A stretch of 64,000 bases of DNA from an uncultured virus (IMG/VR IMGVR_UViG_3300000304_000038). Lineage: Duplodnaviria; Heunggongvirae; Uroviricota; Caudoviricetes. Positions within the stretch are counted from its first letter, which is position 1; each line of letters starts with the position of its first letter. Below are positions 18,987 through 28,889 of the stretch, one piece after another. Where the stretch lies: IMG/VR virus record IMGVR_UViG_3300000304_000038; one strand, 5' to 3'. The notes below the pieces were generated by a model that was not told the origin of the DNA, did not search any database, and was given only the letters and a program-made list of their open reading frames with translations. Position numbers and translations under genes: made by a program.

Positions 18987-19259
18987 CCACGGACAATAAG
19001 TCGAGACTTATTATCCATATTTGGCATCACTCCTTTCTATTCACTAAAAGTGAGTTTTAGTCCATTAGAGCTACCAAAAAAGATGGTGCAAATCCAAAAA
19101 GCCGCTGCCCAGTTCCAAGAGAACTCAAAGCCAATGAGAAGTGAAATTACCCACCACCCAAGGGCCGCAAGGAAGAAACCAAAGACAGCCATGAGAATAA
19201 TATAAAACACTATCTGACTAATGTCTTCGATACGCCACCTATTGAAAATGGAAGGCTTG

Positions 19260-19727
19260 TTAGTCATCTACTACCTCGTCCCATAGTTCATCATCGCCAT
19301 CAAAGTCAATGCAATCAAGAACCTCAAACAGGTCATCCTCGTCAAGGTCCGCAACAAAGTATTGCGGCCACTCTTCATCATCCCAATCAGTCAGGATAAT
19401 CTGAATACCCTTCCTATCATCGCTCACACGGCTCTTGAGTGTGTAGCGATATCTGCGGTCACAGTTGTAACACCCCTTGGGAGTTCCAAATTCCATCTCG
19501 GTTCCCGCAAGACCTGTCTTTTTATCAAAGTACACTCGATAGGTAGATGCACCGTTATACATCTCATAGATGATATGGCTGAAATAGTCAGGGTCGATAT
19601 CCTGATTGAACGGGTTGAAATCGTCATACATCTCTACACAGTGCATGAAAAAATACAGTTGGGGTCGTGACATTCGGGCGTCTGCAAAACGGGCAACCAC
19701 TAGCTTCTCTGGTTTCATTGTCGGCAT
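19260..19727 (-). CDS. hypothetical protein
   Basis: 155 aa ORF, AAAGGAG SD. Confidence 0.6.
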   Translation of the reverse strand: MPTMKPEKLVVARFADARMSRPQLYFFMHCVEMYDDFNPFNQDIDPDYFSHIIYEMYNGASTYRVYFDKKTGLAGTEMEFGTPKGCYNCDRRYRYTLKSRVSDDRKGIQIILTDWDDEEWPQYFVADLDEDDLFEVLDCIDFDGDDELWDEVVDD

Positions 19728-19738
19728 TAGAGTCTCCT

Positions 19739-20200
19739 TTACTTGTCGGTCAGCAGATAATTGATGGTGTCCCTCCCAAGAGAGACATTGGCGATGGTCT
19801 TTAATACCCTCTCGGTATGCCCCTGCTCGCTTCTCTCAATTACGCGCTGGAAGCATATCTGAAGATTGATGTCAGGATTGTCTTGGTCGGTACCGATGCT
19901 AATCATATACTTCGGGTGATTGTCATAGATGTCATAGTTATCCCAGTCGGTCAGCATCAGCCGCACACAATAGTTTCCATCGCTCCTGTGGATATTATCA
20001 TTATACTCGTCCTCGGGAACCCTGTCAATCGTCGCAAAGGACACGTTCTCGAAGGCATCAACAAGAGAGCCGAACGCTTCGGGGTCTTCGGCATGTCGTT
20101 CGTCAAAACAGGTGATGGCCGCATACACTATTCCAATAGCCTCGGCGGTCGTGGTATTCGTCAGGTCCATCGCCTGATACGTCTTGTCAAAAATGTTCAT
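19739..20200 (-). CDS. hypothetical protein
   Basis: SD plus TTGACT-18-TATAAT promoter. Confidence 0.65.
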   Translation of the reverse strand: MNIFDKTYQAMDLTNTTTAEAIGIVYAAITCFDERHAEDPEAFGSLVDAFENVSFATIDRVPEDEYNDNIHRSDGNYCVRLMLTDWDNYDIYDNHPKYMISIGTDQDNPDINLQICFQRVIERSEQGHTERVLKTIANVSLGRDTINYLLTDK

Positions 20201-20403
20201 CTGATTCCTTTCTACTCCTCTTGGACGAACTCATTATAAGATATCCAATAGAGCGAAGTCAAGTGGGATTTGCGGCGAATCGTTGACGAATTTTGTGTCT
20301 GTGCGGCCATGAGAGCCTTTTCTGCGGCCGCAAATAACTATTGCCTACTGGGATGTTCGTGGTGTATAATTAGTTAGACAGAGAGGCGGAGAAAGGAGAA
20401 AAA

Positions 20404-22397
20404 ATGGCCTCGTTTGATAAGATGGCAAATCGCCGCGAGATTGTCAAGGAGAACATCGCCGAGTTTCTTGAGACTCAGGGGTTCGATGTTGTCTCGGAGA
20501 AGACTATGGTGAATGGGGTGAGCGACCACGAGTATGAGGTAACGGTATACGTGAACGCGCACACCGTTGTTGACGTTCATCGCCTTGGGGCTGGGAACGT
20601 TTCCATTTCCAAGACGTTCAAGACGGAGAAGATGGCAATCAAGACCTCAGAGGAAGTCAAGAGGTTCATCATCGCCGCAATCAAGTTCATCGTGAAGGAG
20701 GATATGTAATGATTGAGTCCGACAAGATTCTGGATAGGCTTCAATACATCTATCTTGTTGATGGGGCTGGAGCCGTCCCGAACGTCACCAAGTATTCTAA
20801 TGGTTTCGTATTCTCCTTTGCGACGATGGGCCGCAAGTTCAGGATTGCTCTGGATGATGAATATGGTGATATTGAGATTGAGGTGACTTCTGACTGGGAT
20901 AACACTAGAATGAGCCACAGGGAAGAGAACATCGAGGATATGACCTATCAAGAGATTGCGGCGCTTGCTTGGGACTGGGTCGTTGACTTTCAGAAGGTAT
21001 GCACCCTATTCGAAGACAATGCCGATAACATCTGGTAGAAAGGAAAAAAGATGAACATCAAGGACATTATTCACATCATGGATAAGTTTGCTTGCTATGG
21101 CCGCAGAAAAGATTATGAGGTCGAGTATCATATTTCCTCCAACAAGGACTTCTATGTGTATATGACAACCAAGAACTATAAGGTTGATGTAAGCTTCCAC
21201 CAGCACGGTGACGATAGCACCCGAGTTAGCATTGACGTGTCCAGAGGTCTTGTGACTATGACTTGGGGCGTATACGACAACACCATTGCTGACACCATTG
21301 ACTTCGCATACATCATGGCAAACGCCGCTTGCCTCATTGAAAGCTTCAACCTCATTCCAGAGACGGTCTATGACCCGCCCAAGAGAGAGATTGAGGTAGA
21401 GGATAGAGACTGGTGGGACTAATGGCCGCAAAGACAAAGGTATACATCGACCCTGACTTCGACTATGATGGAGAGGTCGATGTTGACTACTACGAAGAGA
21501 AATATCCAATAGAGAAGAAGAGATATATGCTCTATGGGGAATCTGTGGTAGGTGGTCTCAACTGGGATTTGCGGACCATGACGGACAAGTGGAAGAGATT
21601 TGGTTATACGAAGCTGGAGCCTATAATCCGAGCACAGAGACAACTCATTGAAGACTTGCAGGAGGGATTCTAGTGTTCACGAAACGGTATGTTCCCAAGA
21701 GGTGGTGGTAACATGAACAAGTATGTGGTAAAGGCATCGCTCGTGCTTCTTGGAGAGATTTTCGCAGGGTTACTTGTAGCATTTCTGTTGTGTGCGGTCC
21801 TTCTGTATGCACCTGTGCAATTTATTCTGGGTATCTTCTTTTTCTTGGCGGCGATTGCTATCATACATTTTATGATTACTCTCATATTGGCCGCAAAGGA
21901 TAGTGTCATGCGTAGAGCAAGAGAATATGCTAGAGAGGATGGGTTCAATGTTTGATATGTTCAAGGATTGGTTTGATGATTTGAGTGACATGCAAGCCTT
22001 CTTGTTCATCTTTGTAATCGTGCTGATGTCGCTAGGATTCATCGTGCTATTGGCCGTAATCTCTCCTGCTGCACTTCTCGTCTTTGGCATCATTCTTCTG
22101 GTAGTTTGTCTTACAGCGTTTATATCTTTTGGTATCTTGATGATGGTTAGGGAGTGATACATAATGACGTTTGCGGCGTATGCGGAAAACGGCATCTTCT
22201 ATGCATTCGTGGAACCTTCCATTGACCCTGACTATTGGTGTGTGACTTGCGTGAAGAACGACGAGCATACCTCTCATGTATTGGGTAGGGCCAAGAGAGA
22301 CATGAAGGAGGAAGTATTAGTAAACTGGATTTGGAAGAAGATGGCTAGCAAGGTTGCGGCCAATGGTATCTCTAGGATGGAGAAGATTCATAGTTAG
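20404..22397 (+). other. operon of short hypothetical genes (20404-20709, 20709-21038, 21051-21422, 21422-21673, two membrane proteins about 21713-22157, 22164-22397)
   Basis: TTGCCT..TATAAT promoter at about 20341-20370, coupled ORFs, terminator GCGGCC-AACAA-GGCCGC-T6 at about 22409-22431. Confidence 0.6.
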
Positions 22398-22624
22398 TTT
22401 GAGAAAAAGCGGCCAACAAGGCCGCTTTTTTCTTAGCCAGATTGTATATTTTCAAGAATGGTTGGGTAGAATAAGGGTGGAACAAAAATTTCTGTACTGT
22501 CCTACTTTTTTTTACCTATATCGACTGGTTGATAGCTGTACTGTCCTACAAAATATATGACAATGTATTTTTCTTATTCTTTCTTTGTTTATTATTGTAA
22601 CCTGAAAAAAACAAGGAGGTAATT

Positions 22625-23644
22625 ATGTGCTTTTTTCATTATGCCGTACAATTTCGTATTGATTGGGTAACTGATAAAGAGTATGAACCTATGGCTTATG
22701 CCGCATTATCAGATTTTTCCAAGATGAAAAAGAAACTAGTCGATGATATTGGGTGTATTACACAGGAAGAAAAAAATAAGATACTACGGGAAGTGTTGGG
22801 ATATTCAAAAACAAAAGTCTCAAAGATAGTAGAGAATTTTATCAAACATAATATTATAGAGATAGATGCTGATGATAGAATCTGGATAAAAGAATTTGAG
22901 CCGCAAAAAGGTATTCAATATTTTGGTTTGACGAGAGATACTATCCAATACTTCTATGATACTTTTGGAAAAGAATCTTTGATACTTAGAGCCTATATAT
23001 TTCTAGGTAGCAAATGGAAAATGCACGAAAACCTAGGAATTTTTCCGCAAGGATTTTGTTTTACACTTGGTGGCACCAGCAAGATGAGTTTATTGAGGAG
23101 TTTAGGATACAAGAGTAGTGGTCAATCCACAAAACAGCGACTCATAGATGGGTTAGATATCTTGCAAGAAGAAGGAATAGTTGATATCATGGGGCCGCAT
23201 GTTATCACCTTTGGTAATGCGATAAAAGTCAACAATGTTTATACATTATCATATCTCAAAGTAATACAGAACAAAAGACCTAAAGATTTCTTTTTTGAAA
23301 TACCAGAGGATATTCTTTCAAGACATATCGAAGAAAAGAATGAAAACAATCTCGGACCGCACAGAGAAGTAACAACAGAGAGATTTGCTCCCTATCTGCC
23401 AAAATTTAGAAACTACTATGTTGACCAAGACAGCCCGCAATACGACTTCGTTCATAATCTCTCTGCTCTTGGAGAGGATACTGTTCTTGTATTGTATCAC
23501 GATATGGGAGATGAGAATCTGATAAAATTACTCAGGGATTTCCCGCAACAGATGGGCATGGACCCCGGCAAGATAATGTTCAGCACGCTAAGCAATCAGG
23601 ATGATGACGTGGATGATATCTGGTCTGTGGAGCCATACGATTAG
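22625..23644 (+). CDS. hypothetical protein, possible tandem winged-helix replication initiator
   Basis: 339 aa, AAGGAGG SD, two HTH-like segments (LGYSKTKVSK; LGYKS...LDILQEEGIV); preceded by an AT-rich tract and a 14-bp direct repeat. Confidence 0.4.
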   Translation: MCFFHYAVQFRIDWVTDKEYEPMAYAALSDFSKMKKKLVDDIGCITQEEKNKILREVLGYSKTKVSKIVENFIKHNIIEIDADDRIWIKEFEPQKGIQYFGLTRDTIQYFYDTFGKESLILRAYIFLGSKWKMHENLGIFPQGFCFTLGGTSKMSLLRSLGYKSSGQSTKQRLIDGLDILQEEGIVDIMGPHVITFGNAIKVNNVYTLSYLKVIQNKRPKDFFFEIPEDILSRHIEEKNENNLGPHREVTTERFAPYLPKFRNYYVDQDSPQYDFVHNLSALGEDTVLVLYHDMGDENLIKLLRDFPQQMGMDPGKIMFSTLSNQDDDVDDIWSVEPYD

Positions 23645-24948
23645 AGATTGAACAAACAGCCACTTTAGTAAGACAAAGTGGCTGTTTTTATGAGAATACA
23701 CTTTAGTATAATAAAGTGATATGGATATACAAGACTGGCATTTATAGTATTCGATATGGCCGCACCTAGTATTCAATACTAGATGGAATGGTATCGGATA
23801 TTGGATAAGGTGGTATTAGGTGCTGGATAAGATGATGTTGAACACTAGAGTGTAGCATAGGTGTGTCTAGGTGTGGCAAAGTGGTTGATATCAAAGTGAT
23901 ATCACATTGATACCATAATGGTATATATTTGTTATTTTATTATCGTTTCTCGATAATTTTATCGCTGTATGGGGTTGAACTAAGACATGTTGTATGAGAA
24001 ATGCATGCAAAGGTGTGCAATTTGCGCATGACAAGGTGTGAGTTGAATGAGGGGAGAGAAAAATTGGGCAGATTGCGGTTATGTGTGTGGTGAAGCTGGA
24101 TTTGAGTGTATGGGGTCTCTGGCTCGCATTATACCATAACTCCCACACAGCTGTCCAGAAAAAATTTTTCAAGATGCCACAGAATTTTCATTTCTGTTCA
24201 TAGACTATGGGAGTCTCGGGTGACGATTTTCATTTTTGCGACAGGCAAGGAACAATTTTGATTTTCATTTTTGCAAAACCGCAGGTCAGAGTGGGTGTCC
24301 ATTCTCATTTTCATTTGCAATGGCCGCAAAGCCTATATACCTCTATTGTACCCTCTTGGACATGGCCGCAAACAGATTGCCCTATGCCGTGGGCAAATTT
24401 GACAAAAGATACCCCTATGGAATACAATTAGAAAAAAACCTATGCGATATAGCATTTTGCTATATTTTTATACCAAAATGCGACATGGCAGAATGATATA
24501 TCGTAGTTAGAGCATGTTTGCTCCGCTCTGTCGCTTGTGCTCCATCGCTACGCGCTCGCCGGTTGCTGGCGCAACCGTCTCGTTCCAAGAGAAGGTGAAT
24601 GAGTGGGGGAGAAGCAGCATATATGCCTTCTATGCGGCGAAAGCCTATATCTATGGCCGCACACCTCATTTTGCTCTATTGGAGAGATTATGTATGTGTT
24701 TTATATACTGGTGCTCTATACTATGTTTCACGTGAAACATATATATACTAATACGATTGCATCTCTCTTGGAAAAAACATGGCAGGTGCGGCGAAAGTCG
24801 CTTGGCAACAGAGGATGTGTCGTGCTATAATGGTATCGTCCAAGGGGGAGGCATGGCACATGGAACCTGCGGAAGGTGCCGCCGCCAAGTCAACCCTTTG
24901 TCCATATATACCAGAATAATGAAAATAAATACGACAGAGAGGAAGAGA

Positions 24949-25293
24949 ATGGCTACTCAGATTGAGCTGTATCGCCGCATTCGTGAGGTCATGGCCGATG
25001 ATGCGGAGGTAGTGGCTATGTGTGATAAGCACATCAAGCCATACGAGGACAGGGCGTCTCGCAGCGCTGGCCGCACGGAATGGGTGCGGGAGGCCATCAA
25101 GCGACTCTCCAGCCGAGGTGTCACTCGTTTCTCTGCCCGCATGGTGAAGGAGGAGTGCGGCGGGGTGTATGATGGCAAGGCCCTCTCCATTCAGGGTGTG
25201 TCCCGCTCTCTTGGACGATTGGTCGAGGCAGGATATATCGCAAAGGATGATGTGCTTGAGAAGGGCGAGCCTACCATGTACGTGGTGCTGTAG
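24949..25293 (+). CDS. small winged-helix-like DNA-binding protein
   Basis: SIQGVSRSLGRLVEAGYI...MYVV pattern. Confidence 0.55.
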   Translation: MATQIELYRRIREVMADDAEVVAMCDKHIKPYEDRASRSAGRTEWVREAIKRLSSRGVTRFSARMVKEECGGVYDGKALSIQGVSRSLGRLVEAGYIAKDDVLEKGEPTMYVVL

Positions 25294-25638
25294 ATGATTC
25301 GCCTATAAAAAGATACCAGTTTCCTCTCTCTTTTGGCCCCATTGGCGGGATTTTTCTCGCTGATGGGGCGTTTTTTTGTGGGATATAATATAAAAAATTG
25401 AACTATTTGAACTTTTTTGCGGCCTTTTGGCAGGAAAAATCGCAATCTTGTGCGGAAAAAGCCTATGGCCGCAGGAAAACGCGGGAAAAATTTATAAAAA
25501 TAAAAAATAAAATTGAATTTTTTATGCGGCTGGGTTTCGGGATTTCCATGCGGAGAGAGCCTATAGGCCCCGTGTTCCGAAAAAATCGCCTATACGGGTG
25601 CGCGAAAAAATAACAGAGATTCTCGGGTTTCACGGTAT

Positions 25639-25700
25639 CGAACATATGTTCGGTATGCGGGCAAAAAAATAGAACATTTGTTCGCCAGAACACGTGTTCG
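25639..25700. promoter_or_regulatory. three clustered LexA (SOS)-box-like sites
   Basis: CGAACATATGTTCG, AGAACATTTGTTCG, AGAACACGTGTTCG. Confidence 0.6.
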
Positions 25701-26151
25701 GGTATGGGGGTAGGGGTGGTGGTTATACACCTGTCTTGACCTCCCCCGCAAACGCGGCAAGTAGTCGGCTCGTCTCTCCCTCCGCCCCCGGATATTGTCC
25801 GGGCGTCTCGGGTACCGCTTGACAACTACTATACACGACTCGGGCAGTTGAATAGTCGGCGTGGGGCGTCTCCACAATCTCCACACAAACTGAGATCGCC
25901 GGAACCTTGGGGCATGGATGCCGCAATCATGTCTCTCTTGGATATGCGGGGTTGCCTCTCTCGGGCGCTCTCGGCCTCTCTCCCGTTCGTTGGCGTGGCG
26001 TCGGTAGTCTAGTGCCAGCTCCGCCATTCTAGGGGCTTAGAATCGCTCTCAGGGCTTAGTTGTAATTTTGATGTTAGGTCGCAAAAAAACGCCCCGCCTA
26101 GGGGCTTTGTGCCAGCCTAGGCGGAACGTATCAATTTTGGAATTTGTGAGG

Positions 26152-26616
26152 TTACGCGGGAATGTAGACGAACCCGTTACCGGAACCCTTGTGGGCCTTG
26201 TGCCACGTCTTAGCGGCGGACTTGTCAAGGACGCTCGCGCCGCCCATGCCGACGCCGGTGCGGAGAATGGTCGCAGCGGCCTGCGTCGTGACCTTGCCGC
26301 TCGCGCCGACGGGCAGACCATCCACGCACTCAGCTACCATCGCAGCGGTGACGCCATCGGGGTGCTGCGCAAGGAACGGCGAGACGCGCTCGGTGAAAAT
26401 GCGCTCGTTGCGGCGCTTGGTCGCGGAATCGCCCGTCTTGGGCTTGGGGGCCACGGACTTGAGCAGCTTGTCGATGACGGTCGCGGCGGCGTCGGGGTCG
26501 ATACCGGCGTCGGTAAACTCGGAATCAAGGTCGGCGGTAGCGATGACGGCAAGGACGTCGCGGCGAGTCGGCTCGGTGTTGAGGGTGATGTTCTCCATTG
26601 TGTAAGTTCCTTTCAT
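26152..26616 (-). CDS. hypothetical protein
   Basis: GC-rich ORF with AAAGGA SD (likely start about 26598). Confidence 0.65.
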   Translation of the reverse strand: MKGTYTMENITLNTEPTRRDVLAVIATADLDSEFTDAGIDPDAAATVIDKLLKSVAPKPKTGDSATKRRNERIFTERVSPFLAQHPDGVTAAMVAECVDGLPVGASGKVTTQAAATILRTGVGMGGASVLDKSAAKTWHKAHKGSGNGFVYIPA

Positions 26617-26757
26617 TCCTATGATTGTTAGAAAAATGGTCGGGTTCCTGTATTGCTATGGTCGGGGCGGGCTTGTATCTCCTCTCTCTCGTGCCCTCCC
26701 GTCTTGCTAAAGCAAGTGTACCACACTTTTGCGTGGTTCACAATTACTTCACAATTG

Positions 26758-27507
26758 CTACTTTGCCATGCTAGACTTGGGGATATAATGCCCGCTTGCC
26801 TTGGCGTAGTTCATCGCGGCCCTGTACCCATTGCCCAGCTTATCCGGCGTCTTGTAGTGCCGGAATCGCAGCGCGTCAAGAATAGCCGCTTCGTGCTTGG
26901 CATCGTCTAGGGCTGTATGGCGCTCGGTAAGCTCCAAATCATCCGTTAGATACTTGATGATAGTATCCACGTTCGTCTTAGCGATACCGGTATCGCCGTA
27001 AAACCCATGCTCGTAGCACCACTCGTTATAACGCTTGGTGCCGGTGATAAGCTGCGCAAGCGGCCATATGTCGCGCCACTCGGCCATGCCATAGGGCAGA
27101 AAATACCGGCATACGTCGCTTGTAATGTCGGCAATGCTCGCGTTGAGCGTGTCGCGGTCGAACTTTGCATTATAGGCCCACACCTCAGTGACCCCATGCG
27201 CGCGACAATCCGCAAGGAACTGTCGGCGCATGTCTGCAAAGTTCATGGGTTCCCACTCGCCGCCCGCCATCGTGCCCGCCCTGTATTGCGGCAGCTTGTC
27301 GGCATAGTACGCCGAATCCATCAGGCGGCTCAGGTGGTAGTAGTCCGTAACGGCAATGCTACGCTCTACGTAAGTCTCGGGGCTATACTTGTCCTTGATT
27401 ACGTAGCCGAAATCGTAGACGCGCATAGCGGACCCCATCACCTTGTCCAGCCCTCGCACGACGGGAGCGGCCTCCGTGTCAATCACGGCAATTATTCGCT
27501 TGTTCAA
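26758..27507 (-). CDS. DEDDh-family 3'-5' exonuclease
   Basis: VIDTEA (ExoI), AYNAKFD (ExoII), HTALDDA (ExoIII); TTG start after AAGGGGG. Confidence 0.85.
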   Translation of the reverse strand: MNKRIIAVIDTEAAPVVRGLDKVMGSAMRVYDFGYVIKDKYSPETYVERSIAVTDYYHLSRLMDSAYYADKLPQYRAGTMAGGEWEPMNFADMRRQFLADCRAHGVTEVWAYNAKFDRDTLNASIADITSDVCRYFLPYGMAEWRDIWPLAQLITGTKRYNEWCYEHGFYGDTGIAKTNVDTIIKYLTDDLELTERHTALDDAKHEAAILDALRFRHYKTPDKLGNGYRAAMNYAKASGHYIPKSSMAK

Positions 27508-28425
27508 TAGTACCCCCTTCACTCTTTGCCACGTTGGCGTGGCCCCACGGGCGCGCCTCTCGCTCCCGCTGATAAGAATATTAGCACTCTCGGAACGGTA
27601 AGCCTCGGTAAACTTCTCTCTCCATAGTTCCTCCATAGATACCATTTTGCGGTCCGTGTCAATAGGTAATCGGTGAGCGGTACGGGCCTGTATCAAAGTT
27701 TTGATAGTTCAAAACATGATAGCTTGTCCAGTAGACGCGGAATAGGCTATCTACCTGCGATTTTGCGGGATACAATTGCCGCAATTGTTCAATCTCTTAT
27801 CCCTTCTCTTGGATAACTTACAATTGCGGGGATTCTGTGGATTGTCGGTGAACGGTATTGACCGGGAACGTTCTCATATGGTATAATAAAGTGACTGTAT
27901 TTTTTTATTATAAAAATTTTTAGTAAAAAAATGTACCTAACTGTAGCTGAATAAATAACGGTTCCTCTTTGTCTCTCCTCGGGTATTGCCCTCGGCTCGG
28001 CTACCGGTTGATTATTAGTATACGGATTGACGGACGGAATGCAACCCTCAAAACAAAAAATTTTGGTAGAACACTAGTTCGTATTTACGAACAAAAAAAA
28101 CGGGGGAACCTTTCGGCTCCCCCTCGGGCTGTCTAGCGTCCCCAGACGTTGAACCCCCACCCCCAGACGTAGCGGCCCTGCTCGTCCAGCACCTCCACGC
28201 ACCAAAGATCGCGGTCGATGTCCTCCAAAACGGACGTGACCAGTAACGCCGCGTCCTTGGCGGTATTCTTGTCCCGAAACTCTCGGCTGTCCATGATATC
28301 GAACAACTCGGTAACGGACTCGCGGCGGTAGGTTTGAACGGTGAACATGGTGCCTCCTCTAGGAACGTCCTTGGGGCCTTTCCCCTCGTGACACGAGAAT
28401 GATACCATGAACCCCGCGCAGCTGT

Positions 28426-28878
28426 CTAGTGCTTGATAGCCTTCTTACACAATCGCTCCACAACCTTCTCGACCTCGGCAAAGTCTCGCACCAGATAGGC
28501 GCGCGCTCCCCAGCGATCTACGTTACCCTGTTCATCGTCAATGAGAATACCGCCCTTGTCCCGCACGCATGACCTCTTGGGCGTCCCGTACTTGACCAAA
28601 TGAACCTCGCAGACCTCGGGAAAATGACGCATAATCCACGCCCTCTTGGCCTGTCTCACACGGGCGTCAAACGCGGCGCTAGACCCCTTGGCAAGCCATG
28701 AGACAACGCCCACGGCGTACCCTGCGCGTCTAAGACGCTTTATCAGCTTGGTGACGTCTCCCAGCGGCTCGGCGTCCGCGTAAAGCGTCTCGTCACCTGC
28801 TCTAAGCCTCTCCAGCCAGTCGCTAGGTTGGTATAGGTTCGCAATGGTGCCGTCCATATCAAAGTAAACTGTGGGCAA
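28426..28878 (-). CDS. HAD-superfamily 5'(3')-nucleotidase-like phosphatase
   Basis: YFDMDGT, VVS, K, LIDD motifs. Confidence 0.8.
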   Translation of the reverse strand: MPTVYFDMDGTIANLYQPSDWLERLRAGDETLYADAEPLGDVTKLIKRLRRAGYAVGVVSWLAKGSSAAFDARVRQAKRAWIMRHFPEVCEVHLVKYGTPKRSCVRDKGGILIDDEQGNVDRWGARAYLVRDFAEVEKVVERLCKKAIKH

Positions 28879-28889
28879 CTCTCCACCTC

